NCBI GenBank assembly: GCA_903813345.2
Contig: CAIIXF020000001.1
Coordinates: 44,330,001 to 44,394,000 of the forward strand
Source of the DNA: Owenia fusiformis
Taxonomy: Eukaryota
Reading direction: 5' to 3'
DNA length: 64,000 nt
Both the position numbers and the translations under genes were made by a program. Below the pieces are notes generated by a model. That model saw nothing but the letters and a program-made list of their open reading frames with translations, was not told where the DNA came from and searched no databases. Below are positions 50,801 to 61,522 of the stretch, one piece after another (the first letter of the stretch is position 1; each line of letters opens with the position of its first letter).

Positions 50801-53800
50801 AAGTATATGATTGCGTACTACAACCATTTCACATCATCTATTAATCAGACAGCATTAGGGGCAACACTCTCACATCACATTTAATTTCCCTGTTCTTGTA
50901 GCCCCACCCCAAGTCCCTATCCCATTCAGAGTTCACACATAAGGACTGACACTCACCCTTCTTGTGACAGTGGGGTCCTGCCTAGCCAAAGCCATTAAAT
51001 GTCCCAAGAGTGTCTTGGTCCTCAGGAACCTCAGTCTCACGTGAGTTGCTAGAGTCCATGCCTGCAGCGACTCAGAGTTACTGAAGTCATTAGCATTGGG
51101 GCGTCCATTCACCAGGGAAACAACAATCTAAAATTCAGAATAAGATACAGTTTAGCTCAGAGAATGGATTTGTTTACCCTTTCCAATATTTTGCTTCTTA
51201 AGAATTCAATTACAGCACATTGTAGGTACTATTGGTCACTGGGCCTTTGGGTAGAATTTGTTGGATTGTAATGAATAGACAACATTGGGTTGGAGGCTGC
51301 TTGGGTTTCTATTGACGCGGACACAATAATTTGCCAGAAAGAAGACTCCGCTTGCTTCTCAGAATGCTCACCAGTTTTTAAACAGTGGATAATTAATCAA
51401 TTTCGAAAGAGATTTTTGAGGGATGCCATTTTTTCACTGTAAGAGGTTGGAGCAAATAAGAATCAAGTTCTACACCCCGGTCTTAATCCCTAGTGAGAAT
51501 TCTGATACTGATATTGAGGTTTAGCCATCATGGTAAGCCACGCCCTCTCCATCTCTACCCTTCTGCGATGCAACAGAGAGAGATACTATGAGTATCAGAA
51601 TGAGGTTTAGCCATTATTTTTTATTGACTAATCCTATTTTCATTACCATTATCATATAATAAACTCTTCCACTACTCACCTCTCCTCCTTCCAATGGGAC
51701 AACCTTTGAGTAATGAGTTGTACAAATCACAGAGTCATCCCTATCTAATCTTCCCCGAGATGGCAGTCCAAACAGGGTGTTACAGTCACTATTCGTGTCA
51801 GCAAAGTACTGCCAAGGAGTGAATGTCTTACCAAAATCAGCAGATTTCTCGAGGACCCACACCCCAGGACGGGGTGAGTTAGCCATCTTAATCCAGACAT
51901 AGGCAACATGGAATTCCTGAAATGATATAATGTGATAATTAAAATGTGTTGTGACTTTTGATTTTGATAAATACAGAATATCACATCATTTTGAGTGATA
52001 TCATTTTTATCGCCGAGTTGATATCAAATATCAACACGAGTGAGCGAAGCGAATGAGTGTTGATATTTGATATCTACGAGGCGATAAAATGATATCACGA
52101 GAAATTATGTGATATTGGGTTTATCCCATGATTACAATCACCGTGTGATGTTCTGATCCAATTTCCAGGACATTGGCAGACAATATAAACTAGAAATTAG
52201 AATATCAATTGAATATTTGAAACACTTTATTTCAACAATTAATTAAAAGTAAATAAAATGAACATGTAAACATTGATAAATATCACACGGATGTGTGAAT
52301 GTTGAAATTCGCCAATTCTTCGTCAGACGAATTTGCACCAGCCATTTTGATTTGTACTTTACTCACTGCGCAGTAAAATGCACTACTTTTTGTACATGAT
52401 ATAGTTCGTCATAAATACCATTTTTTAATCGTTAGTAAGCAGCCTTCTAATCAAATTATATACACATTCGTAATTCAATACACCAATGAAACTTAAAGAT
52501 AATAGATTAACGGACCTATTTTCTCAAAAGAGAATAAATTATCTGACCTAATTTCCAACAATATTGTGGCGCGAAATGCAAATGTGATATCACACGGATA
52601 TGCGTGAGATAAACGATATCACACGCATATGAGTTTGATAAACGATTTTCTGGAAAATATCACACGGATTTCAATAATATCAGAAATATCAATAGCTGTT
52701 ATTGTACAGATAACACATTAATCGTGGGATAAATGAGTAATATTAAATGCAAATCAGAAATTGTAGAACATAAGATTCCAGGGTGGGAGGAGAATCATTA
52801 AACCAATTCATGGAGCCCAGATTTCTGGCTGGGAATCATTCAACTTTCCATGGTATAAAATAAAATTTGATGGATCTAAATTCCGGGTATGTATCATATT
52901 TCATAATTAAATTGATGGAATTTGTATTTGAATTTATTGATATATAGTGCTATTTCAGTGACCAGACATTTCAGTGACCTTGGTCATGTTACTGTAGATT
53001 TAACATGAAATGGTACATGTATAATCAGTGAGGGTTTATGACAATTTGTACTTCATGTTGTTTTTATACAAGGAATAAAGATCACTCAGATAGCATGATA
53101 AAGTACTTGTTTTTAACAAGCTATAATTTTCTCTCCAGGGTAAACATGGTAAATAGACTTGATTGTTTGCCATATCATTCATAACTTGTCCTCATTGGGC
53201 TGCTTTTCAGGGGAATGTCAAAAACACAGCACTTCAAAATAGTATTTTGACTAAGTACAGGCACTGGCAGATCCAGAAGTTAACAAGGGGGGGGGGGACA
53301 TTTCAAGTTAGGGGAAAAATTTCTGCTCTAGACCAACAAAAATTGGGCCTGAATTTTGAAAAAGTTTAAGACCCATTTTTGATAATTTGGCATAACAAAG
53401 GCCTATGTTTTGAGGCCATATAAAATTTTAAGGCTACTAGAAAAACCACTAGAAAAAATGAAAATCTAGTTCCCCAACAACAGCAATTTAACAAAGAGCT
53501 TTCGATTAAAATCACTAACTATATGTCAGTTTTCGTAAAAAATCAAGGTATACTTAGAGGTTATGTCACTATGACGTGAAATATGCCTGAGTTCTCCCAA
53601 TATAGGCCGACCTTGGGAGGCTCTATATTTGGGCAAGAACGAAGGCATATTTCACGTCATAGTGACATAACTGATGTATTACATGCCTTTGTTCCCATGG
53701 TTACTTTGTATCAATGACGTGACGTCATGATATTATCATGGTTATTAAAGAAATCTAATATCAAAACGAGGTAAGCGGGCTATATCGGGGTAATCGGGCA

Positions 53801-56800
53801 ATATCGGTGGATATAGCTCGCTAACTTTCCCATTGACTTCCATACAAATGCTTCGCTAGGTATGTAATACACTGAAATATGTAATCAGACAGTATTTCTC
53901 GCTATGACTTGTCCCCTGACAAAATGACATCAATTTTTAACCTCTGACATGACCCCTACTAGCATTTGATTAATATATTTTGTGTGGTATATTCAACTTT
54001 GTCAGCACCTGTGATAAAAATACATGTCTGCCACTCAATGTTTATACAAACATACTAAAGTTGGATTTTTTAAAACATGAAAAATATCTAAGAGTATAAT
54101 AGAAATATAACTTGGTATGCATGTGAAAATGTACTCGCAAATCAAGTTTTCTTTAAAAATGCATTTTTGTACACTTTAGACATGAGGAAGTGTTCTCTGA
54201 AGACCATTTCTTGAAATCATACCTCATTTCACAAAGGAACTAACATTGTAAAAGTTTTAAAAATTTAACTTAATAATTATTTCACAATATTTTCTTCAAA
54301 CTTGCTTGAAGATTCAAGATCTGCTTAGTGGTGATCATCATGTCTCCACTAATGCAGGCATACCTTGCTAAGAGGAAAGAATGTGATAACTAAGGAATGT
54401 GTATATTGAAGACAAGGGAGTCTGTGGGATTTTTTTAAGGGCGGGAGGTGCATCTACATCTACATTAAACTAGAATGATATTGACAGAGGTTTTAAACAT
54501 GCCACTATTGTTGACAGACAGACAGACAGATGGACAAGTGAGCAATTGCAAAAGCTCACAATGTGAGCTAAAAAATTGCCATCATCATAGCTTACACTTG
54601 AAGTCTACCTTGTCCACCTCTTTCAACAGAGCACATAGTTCTTTCCTCTGAGTCTCTTCCTCAGCACCATGAATTGGTGAGCCATGGATTGGCTCAAAAA
54701 GAGGGTACACTCCTGCACTCCCCCCTTCAAACACCCATATACTTGTATTATATAAATGGTAACACTTGAAAGCATATCTGTAGAGCACACACAGTAGTCT
54801 GAAGCACCCTATTAACATAAAGTGGTTGAAGTGGACAATGTTCATTCCACTGGCTGTTCAAGATGATAAGACAAATTTTCCATTATTTTGCATGTTGCAG
54901 GAGTTATACATGTATACTCTCCTCTTTTAAGTAAGCAATGGGATTTACCCATTATTTGAAAACCCATTACTTGGAAAACCTTTATTCTGAAAAGTTACCC
55001 CACAACCTGTTATTCTTAAACGGTTCAAAGTAAGGTTTGCATATTATGGGAAAATAAGAGTTTAAGTATATATTATTGGATTCATAACCATGGATTATAT
55101 ATTTGGTGGTTGATGCAAAACTGCCTAATCATAATGCAGAACCATTTCCATTTTATATTTCCTTCATTCATTTCCATAAGTTCCCTTTGCTTGGTACATT
55201 GGTAATTCTACTAACTTTTGTTTATGGTCTTATATTTGTGGTAAAACCAAAATTATGTATACATTACCACAAAATAGAGATTGCCTCTCTTCAAGAACCA
55301 GAAAGAAGGAAAGCAAGGAAGTACAAGCAGCTTACCAGCTTGTTCTATGTTCTATTCTTAGCAGTAGGTCTTATGTACACATGTTTGCCATAAATCTTAT
55401 GGAAGAACTCTCAGTAAACCATTACTGAAAGCAGAATCCCAACGGAATACTAGAATGTCCTCTGTTTAATTTGTAAACCTTGATGGAAAAAGTATGGAGG
55501 AGATATTCAGTGCATGCCAAACCACAGCCTGGCAGATAAGACACATTTGGCTGCCAGTGCATACTGCGCCTGTATTCCATTTCCAAGGCAAAATGTTGGT
55601 ACCTGGGATCTACCATTGAAAAAAATGAACGCAAATATATGTTGAAAAATTTCAGGCATCTTTTATCACTCTATTTCAACTCAAAATTATACCATTTGAA
55701 AACTTAGAAGTTAACCTCAGTCACAGTCACTCTATGACAGGCGTATGGCAACCGTTGCTTCCCAAAATCGATACACGAGAAAGAATAGTCTACAGGGCCT
55801 CTACATCGTACTGCTTATCCTATATTTTATGCTGCACATTTCTCTTGAATTTGGGAAGCTACGGCTGCCATACAGTTGCAGTGGACCAAATGTGACTGAG
55901 GCATTAGTAATGCACATGATTGCTTTAATAACAAAGCCCTACAGTTACATATATTAAAAATCACATATGATTGTATTTAGCTTATAGGTAATATTCTGTA
56001 ATACAATAAAAGTTTTCCAAACATATATACAAAGGAATGGTTTAAACTACAGATCTAGGATTTTCATTGATTATAGTATTCCTAAAATCTGTTTGGAATG
56101 TAAGCAGCTTTGACATTCCTGTATATACTTTAACTACAGTTAGTGGGGTACTAAGATTAAATAGTTTATACAGCGGATACCAAAAGTAATCCCATCTCAA
56201 GATCAATTAAACACAAAGCTCAATTTATTTTCATTATGTCTCACATATGAAATAGTTGGGATATATCTTAAAATATTATATAATTCAGATTGGTTATCAT
56301 TCAAATGTTTCAACCTGAAATAATAAGTTTTTAATTCTTGAAAAAGTGAAAGTACTAAAAATGTGGTCACATGCCTGGAATAATCAGTTGTTAAAAATTT
56401 GTGCCAAAACTTTGTTCATACATAGGCTTTCACATAGGACCAGCATGTATATAAATATTAAACACTATGCATGCGAAATTTCAGTTTACCAAAGCCCAGG
56501 GTGGCAAACTGTGAACTGACTAGACATGAAAGTTATATATGCACAACCAAAATCTCATGAGATAATATGATGTAATGGTTTAATTGGCTCTATTATCAAA
56601 CACCACTTTATATAACTGAAACTGCTGCTCTGTAAGTTCTCCTTTCAGGTGACATAATATATATATTCGACTTATCAGGGCATTATACCTCAAGGCATCT
56701 TTATAAATTATTGGCACCAGGAAGGGCATTAGCTGCCAAGTGTGTGTGTAAATAAGCTGAGGTTGAAAAACAAGGACAGATGTGGAAGAAGACAAATGAG

Positions 56801-58215
56801 GTGGAGGGGGGCTTTTTGAAAATTAAAATTGAGTTTTAAAGAATTTTTGGAGCTTTTTTCATAAAAACTTATAGAGTTTACTCAACATAAAATGTTTTAT
56901 TGAAACACTTCATGTCGTTATCATAAAGTTATGGACCTATCACATCTAGATGGTCTTTAGTAAAACAAATTTCAAAGAACCATCGCTTGGGATCCATCCT
57001 GTGGAACTGGCGGATCCATGGGGGGGGGAATGGGGCTCACCCCCGCCCCATTGGATGGGCCCTTAATTAGAGTCCATTTCACTGCTTCAGTTCGTCAGTA
57101 GAACGGCAAAAATAAGAAATTGGGAGACCATTGTGCAATAATATATGGAAAAGTATATTCATAATGTACATGAATGACATTTGTATATCTTGGATTGCTT
57201 CTAGTTTGGCTTATAAAGTGTGTGGCCTCTTATATTTGGATGTTTCTCTGCCATGTTATTTCCAATAAGATTAACATGGCTGAAATTCTTCAAATTACAA
57301 GACGGCACAGGCTTATTGCACAAAAAACTAAAAAATCTGAAATATACAAATGTCATTCATGTACATTATGAATATACTTTTCCATATATTATTGCACAAT
57401 AGTCTCCCAATTTCTTATTTTTGCCGTTCTACTGACGAACTGAAGCAGTGAAATGGACTTTAGTAGCCTTTTTGGGCATTACTTGGACTTTTTGGCCAAA
57501 TTATCAAAAAATGGGCCTAAATTTTCAAAATTTGGGCCCAATTTTGGGGCCTAAAATTTTTTATTTTACCACACAGATTTTAAATTTGCCCCCCCCCCCA
57601 CCTTGTTAGCTTCTGAATCTGCCAGTGCGTGGGTTCCCACAAAATTCACCCCCTCAAAAAACACCATACCAAAGTGCCAGATAACCAACTACAATGAGTC
57701 TTTACAATGACTTTTACTACAACAACAAATTGCAACTAAACAGAACAGTGAAATCTAATTAAACAGAAAAGTATAGAAACTTATAGAAAAGCATAGAAAA
57801 GTTTAGCAAATGATCGGTCCCTCACCTGTCCAAGATCAATTGTAAAATTGACCTCGTTGAAAGTAATGCTTCTGGACAAAGGGGGGGATTGCCACCAGTT
57901 TTCGCTACCGTCCACTGCATTAGAGGCTGGATGAGCATTCTCTCCCGATGGTTCACAATATTCACATAGTTGTCCTTGGATCAGATTTTGTTCTTCGCCT
58001 CTTCCCACAACGCCGGGATTCGCGCCGGTTAGTCGACAGTAAAGTTCAGGTTCGTTTACTCCTATTCCGCATGTCGCACTCGCGTTCACATCCTTCCCTT
58101 CGGCAAGATTGAAGTATGGCGGTGTTAATGCTTGACTTTTTACTTCAGAGATGTGTAAAATACATGATAAAATCACTAATAAAGTTGCGGGAATAAAATT
58201 CCCTCCGACCGCCAT
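12027..58215 (-). CDS. LanA: Laminin subunit alpha, alpha3/5 (Drosophila LanA / C. elegans epi-1) type, complete gene: signal peptide, LN, LE repeats, large domain IV, LE, L4, LE, coiled coil, LG1-LG5
   Basis: Starts [41 protein letters not shown] (signal peptide plus LN start) and ends ...[32 protein letters not shown] (TAA 12029-12027). About 49 exon positions join in frame with canonical GT-AG. The large globular insert (exons 43297-43553 to 39895-40225) marks the alpha3B/alpha5/LanA class. Confidence 0.96.
13106..13240. repeat. 21-bp minisatellite ATTAGACAGGTTTTACTGTAT, about 6.4 copies
   Basis: Read directly; it explains the repetitive ORFs at 13024-13360. Confidence 0.95.
15840..16295 (-). 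CDS. Symmetric (phase 1-1) 456-nt exon encoding a Methyltransf_FA-like domain, copy 2
   Basis: Same length and splice sites as copy 1; about 82% amino-acid identity to it (27 differences in 152 aa by hand count). Confidence 0.8.
16594..16720. repeat. ~39-bp tandem repeat TGCATTATCACTAATTGTTGAATGGTTTACACTTTAA, 3 copies
   Basis: Read directly; lies between the two FAMeT-like exons. Confidence 0.85.
17548..18003 (-). CDS. Symmetric (phase 1-1) 456-nt exon encoding a Methyltransf_FA (FAMeT/CPAMD8-like) domain, copy 1, in the laminin LG3-LG4 hinge
   Basis: caccag acceptor, G|gtaat donor, 152 codons with no stop; motifs FRVRA...EFIIGGxxNxxSxI...TPxILSxxxYxxFWIDW...VG...FMTWDD...VGISTxxGxxGxW typical of PF12248. 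Confidence 0.8.
19660..19787 (-). CDS. Laminin LG3-end/hinge alternative exon B (128 nt, phase 2 to 1; second in-phase donor extends it to 19645): [43 protein letters not shown]
   Basis: ttacag acceptor; donors G|gtaaaa (19660) and G|gtaaga (19645); aligns with exon A (LxF...NVxLAxC) and has the same phases. Confidence 0.8.
20127..20251 (-). CDS. Laminin LG3-end/hinge alternative exon A (125 nt, phase 2 to 1): [42 protein letters not shown]
   Basis: tttcag acceptor, G|gtaagg donor; supplies the closing Cys of LG3 followed by a Pro/Thr-rich linker. Confidence 0.85.
20762..26950 (-). CDS. Laminin alpha constitutive LG1-LG3 exons (26829-26950, 26203-26398, 25923-26058, 22897-23011, 22471-22617, 21922-22070, 20762-20950), interrupted by the alternative LG2 exon cluster
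   Basis: FVGCIEDV...GLWDF, FDGNGY...[54 protein letters not shown]...[12 protein letters not shown]. Confidence 0.9.
21085..21692 (-). mobile_element. Decayed copy of the 31.0-32.4 kb HINE-like family with about 3.5 satellite units
   Basis: Shares the AAGGCATTAACATG end, the same ~115-125 bp repeat unit and the GTTACAGAYGCCRGACGCC tail. Confidence 0.7.
23463..23556 (-). CDS. Laminin LG2 alternative exon C (94 nt, phase 1 to 2): [32 protein letters not shown]
   Basis: ctttgtag acceptor, GA|gtaaga donor; same length and phases as exon A; canonical LG YFIGGLP motif at the same offset. Confidence 0.8.
24063..24159 (-). CDS. Laminin LG2 alternative exon B (97 nt, phase 1 to 2): [33 protein letters not shown]
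   Basis: tttgtag acceptor, GC|gtaagc donor; clear paralogue of exon A (shared [18 protein letters not shown]). Confidence 0.85.
25501..25594 (-). CDS. Laminin LG2 alternative exon A (94 nt, phase 1 to 2): [32 protein letters not shown]
   Basis: ttgtag acceptor, CC|gtaagt donor; open in the frame joining exon 25923-26058 to exon 22897-23011; contains the LG-type FIGG motif. Confidence 0.85.
26505..26645. repeat. ~35-bp degenerate tandem repeat AGGTATGATTTTCCAGAAGGGGAGGATGAGATGTT, about 4 copies
   Basis: Read directly. Confidence 0.75.
27188..34150 (-). CDS. Laminin alpha exons 26-34: coiled coil (domains I/II) and most of LG1 (34049-34150, 33706-33817, 33322-33492, 32891-33201, 32504-32661, 30546-30768, 28533-28659, 28047-28232, 27188-27807)
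   Basis: Heptad-rich helices, including [18 protein letters not shown] and [19 protein letters not shown], followed by LG1 motifs [35 protein letters not shown] and FFVGGVP. Confidence 0.92.
28715..30318. mobile_element. Non-autonomous TIR element with TTAA target duplication (Kolobok-like)
   Basis: TTAA|GGATGCAGTACCGGGTC ... GACCTGGTACTGCATCC|TTAA (17-bp TIR, 1 mismatch). Purine termini favour Kolobok over piggyBac. Confidence 0.75.
29083..30227. mobile_element. MITE nested inside the Kolobok-like element (possibly hAT-derived)
   Basis: Ends CAGCGTTTTATTTA ... TAAATAAAACGTA; GATGATG duplicated on both sides (29076-29082 and 30228-30234); subterminal GGGTCC/GTCCA motifs. Confidence 0.55.
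31024..32425 (-). mobile_element. HINE-like element carrying about 9 tandem copies of a ~120-130 bp satellite
   Basis: One end has palindrome GGCAT-taac-ATGCC plus subTIR ATGTCACCAC. The other end has a (GACGCC)-type microsatellite and hairpin TATGTCACCAC...GTGGTGACATA. Repeat unit GAAGCAAGTTGAAAAAAGACC...AAGGTCATTGAAGGTCAAATGTCAAATCTAAAGTCAGATTTGAACTTCTGAGAACATGTAGATGATTTTG. Confidence 0.75.
34440..34987 (+). mobile_element. Long-hairpin non-autonomous element with a Crypton-like ORF relic
   Basis: About 130-bp fold-back at 34856-34987; ORF relic 34585-34731 [43 protein letters not shown] resembles the N-terminus of Crypton/DUF3504-type tyrosine recombinases. Confidence 0.55.
35736..46286 (-). 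CDS. Laminin alpha exons 5-25: LE repeats, domain IV and L4 (46061-46286, 45563-45738, 45003-45278, 44390-44662, 43772-44107, 43297-43553, 42847-43116, 42105-42529, 41702-41816, 41367-41570, 41044-41197, 40523-40662, 39895-40225, 39446-39576, 38627-39170, 38322-38470, 37594-37935, 37285-37403, 36525-37102, 36170-36307, 35736-35887)
   Basis: Repeated CxC...CxCKxxVxGxxCDxCxxGYY laminin-EGF motifs; L4 motifs [20 protein letters not shown] and [21 protein letters not shown]; splice phases consistent throughout. Confidence 0.92.
46509..58215 (-). CDS. Laminin alpha exons 1-4: signal peptide, LN domain and first LE (57826-58215, 51680-51916, 50957-51127, 46509-46809)
   Basis: [65 protein letters not shown]...[28 protein letters not shown]. 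Exons 1-3 are joined by phase-0 GT-AG junctions. Confidence 0.95.
51964..52733. mobile_element. Long-hairpin non-autonomous element (Crypton-like architecture)
   Basis: About 160-bp fold-back 51966-52125 centred on GAGCGAAGCGAATGAG; the far end TAATCGTGGGATAAA is an inverted copy of TTTATCCCATGATTA at the hairpin foot. Confidence 0.55.
53550..53871. mobile_element. Long-hairpin non-autonomous element
   Basis: Perfect 29-bp arms GTTATGTCACTATGACGTGAAATATGCCT / AGGCATATTTCACGTCATAGTGACATAAC (53560-53671); the far end AGGTATGTAATACA inverts TGTATTACATGCCT. Confidence 0.55.
55720..55896. repeat. Short palindromic interspersed repeat; an inverted homologue lies at about 7800-7955
   Basis: Both copies share GCTTCCCAAAATC arms, CAGCATAAAATATAG (inverted) and CAAATGTGAC ends. 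Confidence 0.6.
57007..57627. mobile_element. Older poly-G/poly-C MITE (CACTGGCRGATCC termini) that hosts the 57070-57460 element; related fragments near 53261-53420 and 58497-58670
   Basis: ACTGGCGGATCC...GGGGGGGG at the left and CCCCCCCC...GAATCTGCCAGTG at the right; the right half is the reverse complement of 53261-53420. Confidence 0.55.
57070..57460. mobile_element. Young MITE with ~118-bp near-perfect terminal inverted repeats, probable TA target
   Basis: 57071-57188 is the reverse complement of 57342-57459 with one mismatch seen; TA flanks both sides. Confidence 0.8.
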
Positions 58216-59680
58216 GTTTCTTTTTCTCTGAATGAAAGTTGTCTCAAACTTTTCTACGGTGGCCTATGAGGCACCTATCGGCAGAGCATGCAATTAAAAA
58301 TTCAGATAATTTTGTGGTTGTGGTGTATGATGAAGACAAGTAAATGTTTATAACAAAAGTTTAGATCAAACTTTTCATTTTCAATCTATCAGTAAAATTT
58401 TTGTGTATCTGAATCTATATCATAATTCTACATTGCTCAGAATCTGTTGACTGTATCTTAAATGCAGCAGGGACTTGAAAACTATAAGACTTATAAGGGG
58501 AGGGGGGGGGGGGGGGTGAAAAAGTTTGGCCCTTGAAACCAAAATGGGCCTAAATTTTGAAAATCTATGGCTTATTTTCTTGACAATTTAGCCTGTAATT
58601 AAAAAAGGGCCATAAAGTTTTGGGCTAATTTTTTTCTGGGCCCATCCTTGTGGGAGGCCAGGGGTCCCTATCCCACACATATAGTTCGACTGTAAACCTT
58701 GAAACTACTGTTGACCTCCACCTTCGGTCTCTGTCAACAATAGTTTCTTGGTTAACAGTCTCTGTATACAATTTTGCCGGTTGACCTCTGGAGAGGTAAA
58801 AACTAAAAATTGCATACTGTAGAATGTTAAAGGGGCAACAAGGGCTGTAGAGAGAAAATTCAAACAATGTGTGCTTTTTTGTAGATAATAAAAATATATG
58901 TTAGTCTTGATGAAATATCCAAACTTAAATATATTTTGACACTGGTCGATGATTGTTGAATGGCCCCCCTGCACTAATTGTTGCACCTTTAAAATCACAA
59001 GTTTCTTATCATTTCTTATATTTGACTGTTGTCCTCTAAGTTACTGTATGGCTTCATAATAACAAATAGTAATTTGACTGTTAACATTTTTACTGGAGCA
59101 TGGATCAATCTTTTATTTAGGATCAGAGAATAAATCACAAAAGACATCAAGTCCCGGGTTACCAATCCCGGGCATCTGGATGCCCCTCCTACATGTGGTC
59201 ACTGTGATCTGTGAATCGTGTACTTTTCTGGGGGGGTGGCACTACTCAGCACTGCGCTAATTGCTCCTATGGTGCAGGCTGCAGATGTAGTCTTGCTTAG
59301 ACATTCCCCTTATCTGGGACCATCATAAAACTTCAGGTGTGTTTAGCTGGTGAAGTTGAAGAACACACTCTTGAAGCAAGACTACTACTGTGGATCATCC
59401 CCCGGGCGGGACAGTCTGAATGTCTTTGTCAATAATCCGCAAAAGGAGCACATATGAAGCAGATATATAATTATTTAACACTTAGATTAATAGAATTTGA
59501 ATAGAATATAATTTAAAACCTAGTGTAAAATGATTGTACAAGATTAAGTGTATGGTCCTGTCATCTATAAAAGAATCAATCAACTTTATTCATGTATTGA
59601 GTAATGTTCTCGTGTGCTGCCATCTAATAATTATTTTTTGGCGACGTTTGTTTACATCACACATTGATGAGGTGTTCATC

Positions 59681-59777
59681 ATGGAAGCTAACGAAGCAGA
59701 CGGAATTATTTCTTTTATAGCAAGAAGTATTGGTGCTCAAGAAAATGCAGTACGTCTTTTAACAAGTCTTTTTCTTG
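59681..59777 (+). CDS. LPCAT3: First coding exon of a lysophospholipid acyltransferase 5 (LPCAT3/MBOAT5/nessy)-like gene; no further exon recognised up to the window end
   Basis: ATG in good context (atcATGG); MEANEADGIISFIARSIGAQENAVRLLTSLFL G|gtaagt resembles the LPCAT3 N-terminus (LATSLGASEQALRLIISIFLG). Only 32 codons are visible. Confidence 0.7.
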
Positions 59778-60589
59778 GTAAGTTACATCATTTACTTATA
59801 TGCCCAAAACTTGCGTCCAAATCTTGTTATAGGCTAGGTTGAAAGCTTTGGAGAATATTTCAATTTTTCATTCTAGACTAGACTAGGCCCTAGATCTATT
59901 CAATTCACGTTTTCCGCCAATCTTGTATGGAAGATCGGGCAGAGCACTCATGATCATGTGTTCTAAGATTTACTAGAAAGGAGCTTAGAACACACGAGGG
60001 TTCCAATCTTCTGCTAGTGCCAAATTTTACACAGTCAGTATATGCAGTTATGATTTTGGGCAAATAATCTGCTACCTTTTTCTCTCCCAGTTCAATGACG
60101 TGAAGATTTTCCATTTGTAATTTTGTCAATTTTGCCATATCAAGCTGATAATTATGGTCCTTACCTGTTCTAGTATTGTAAAAATATATCAGCCCGTGAT
60201 GACACGGGAACTTGAACAAAAATTGCACCAACATATACTGATAGTAAAATCATCAAAACGATCAAAAACAGACTTGCTGGACAGTTTTAGAGATTCGCAA
60301 TTTTGACCAATCAGATTGCAGAATTTTGAACCGCATCCACTTTTTTGCCAGACACTCTAGATTGCGTTATTGAACTTGGAGACAAGAAAGTATAGATAAC
60401 TGCATACTGAACGTGAGATTTTCTTATCTTCGTGCTGGTCTCAAGGTGTAGAAAATAGTATCAAAGTATGAGATAAGAAGTCAGTTTATGAGTAAAAAAG
60501 AACATGTTAGTCTACAGTGGCTGACATGGGGAGGGGGCAGGGGGGGGGGCTTAAAAATTGGGGGCCAAAATCTGCTCCTCCATCTAAAC

Positions 60590-61522
60590 CAGGGTTCGAA
60601 ATTAGCATTGCTGAAGTAAAGATTAGTTCCTTCATTTTCTAAAATCGTTACCTAGTAACATGCCCAAACAATGAAAATAGATACCTGCTTTATGAGAAAA
60701 TCTCTATGATCGTCAACTCAACTTCTCAAATGAAAAAATGCTGAGAATTTCGAAATGGCTTTCAATAAAACATACCCCCTTCAATAGAATTTGCAGTTCC
60801 TATTTTATCATTTAGACTTGAAATAAAAAAATTAAATCTTGGAGAGGAACAACAACACAACGGCTATTTCCATATGTTAATTAGTTTGACTTTACACTTA
60901 GGAATGTTTACAGTGGGAAATTTGAATTTGAATGTTTATAACACATGATTGGTCTCTTATAATTTGATCTGATAACATGACTACTGTACCAGATGAAAAT
61001 GGATATTCTCATAACAAAGACAAGTTTTCTCTGAATTGTTTGGCATGAAAACATTCTTCTTAGGTCTTCTAAAGCTAATTCTGTTTACTTTTGAGTCAGA
61101 AAAATACTATTTTTTGAGGCAAATATGAATATGATGACAAATTTTTAGACTCTGCTGATCCAGTGCTATATATACAACCCTAGATACTGGTATTTGATGT
61201 CCATTTGTTTTTAGCCACTGTACTACATTTACTTCTATTGGCATATTTTTATCCAGTTTCTAAAATTTCCTGTTAATTAAGATCCCGCATAGACATGATA
61301 GATGATAGATACATGTTCTTAGTACTGTCTTTGAAAACAAGACATTACGTTTCGAATGTTGGAATAATAATAATTGATAATATACTTGAGATCAACAGAT
61401 CAATAGACTTGTTTATTTTATAAGGAAAACTGTGTTTCATCAAAAAAACATCTACCTTACTTTTGTATTCAGTTACCTAGAAAATATTCATAACCAGGCT
61501 AAAAAGTTAAGTTCGAACCCTG
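60590..61522. mobile_element. MITE in the LPCAT3-like intron 1
   Basis: TIRs CAGGGTTCGAAATTA / TAAGTTCGAACCCTG; AAAC flanks both ends. Confidence 0.6.
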
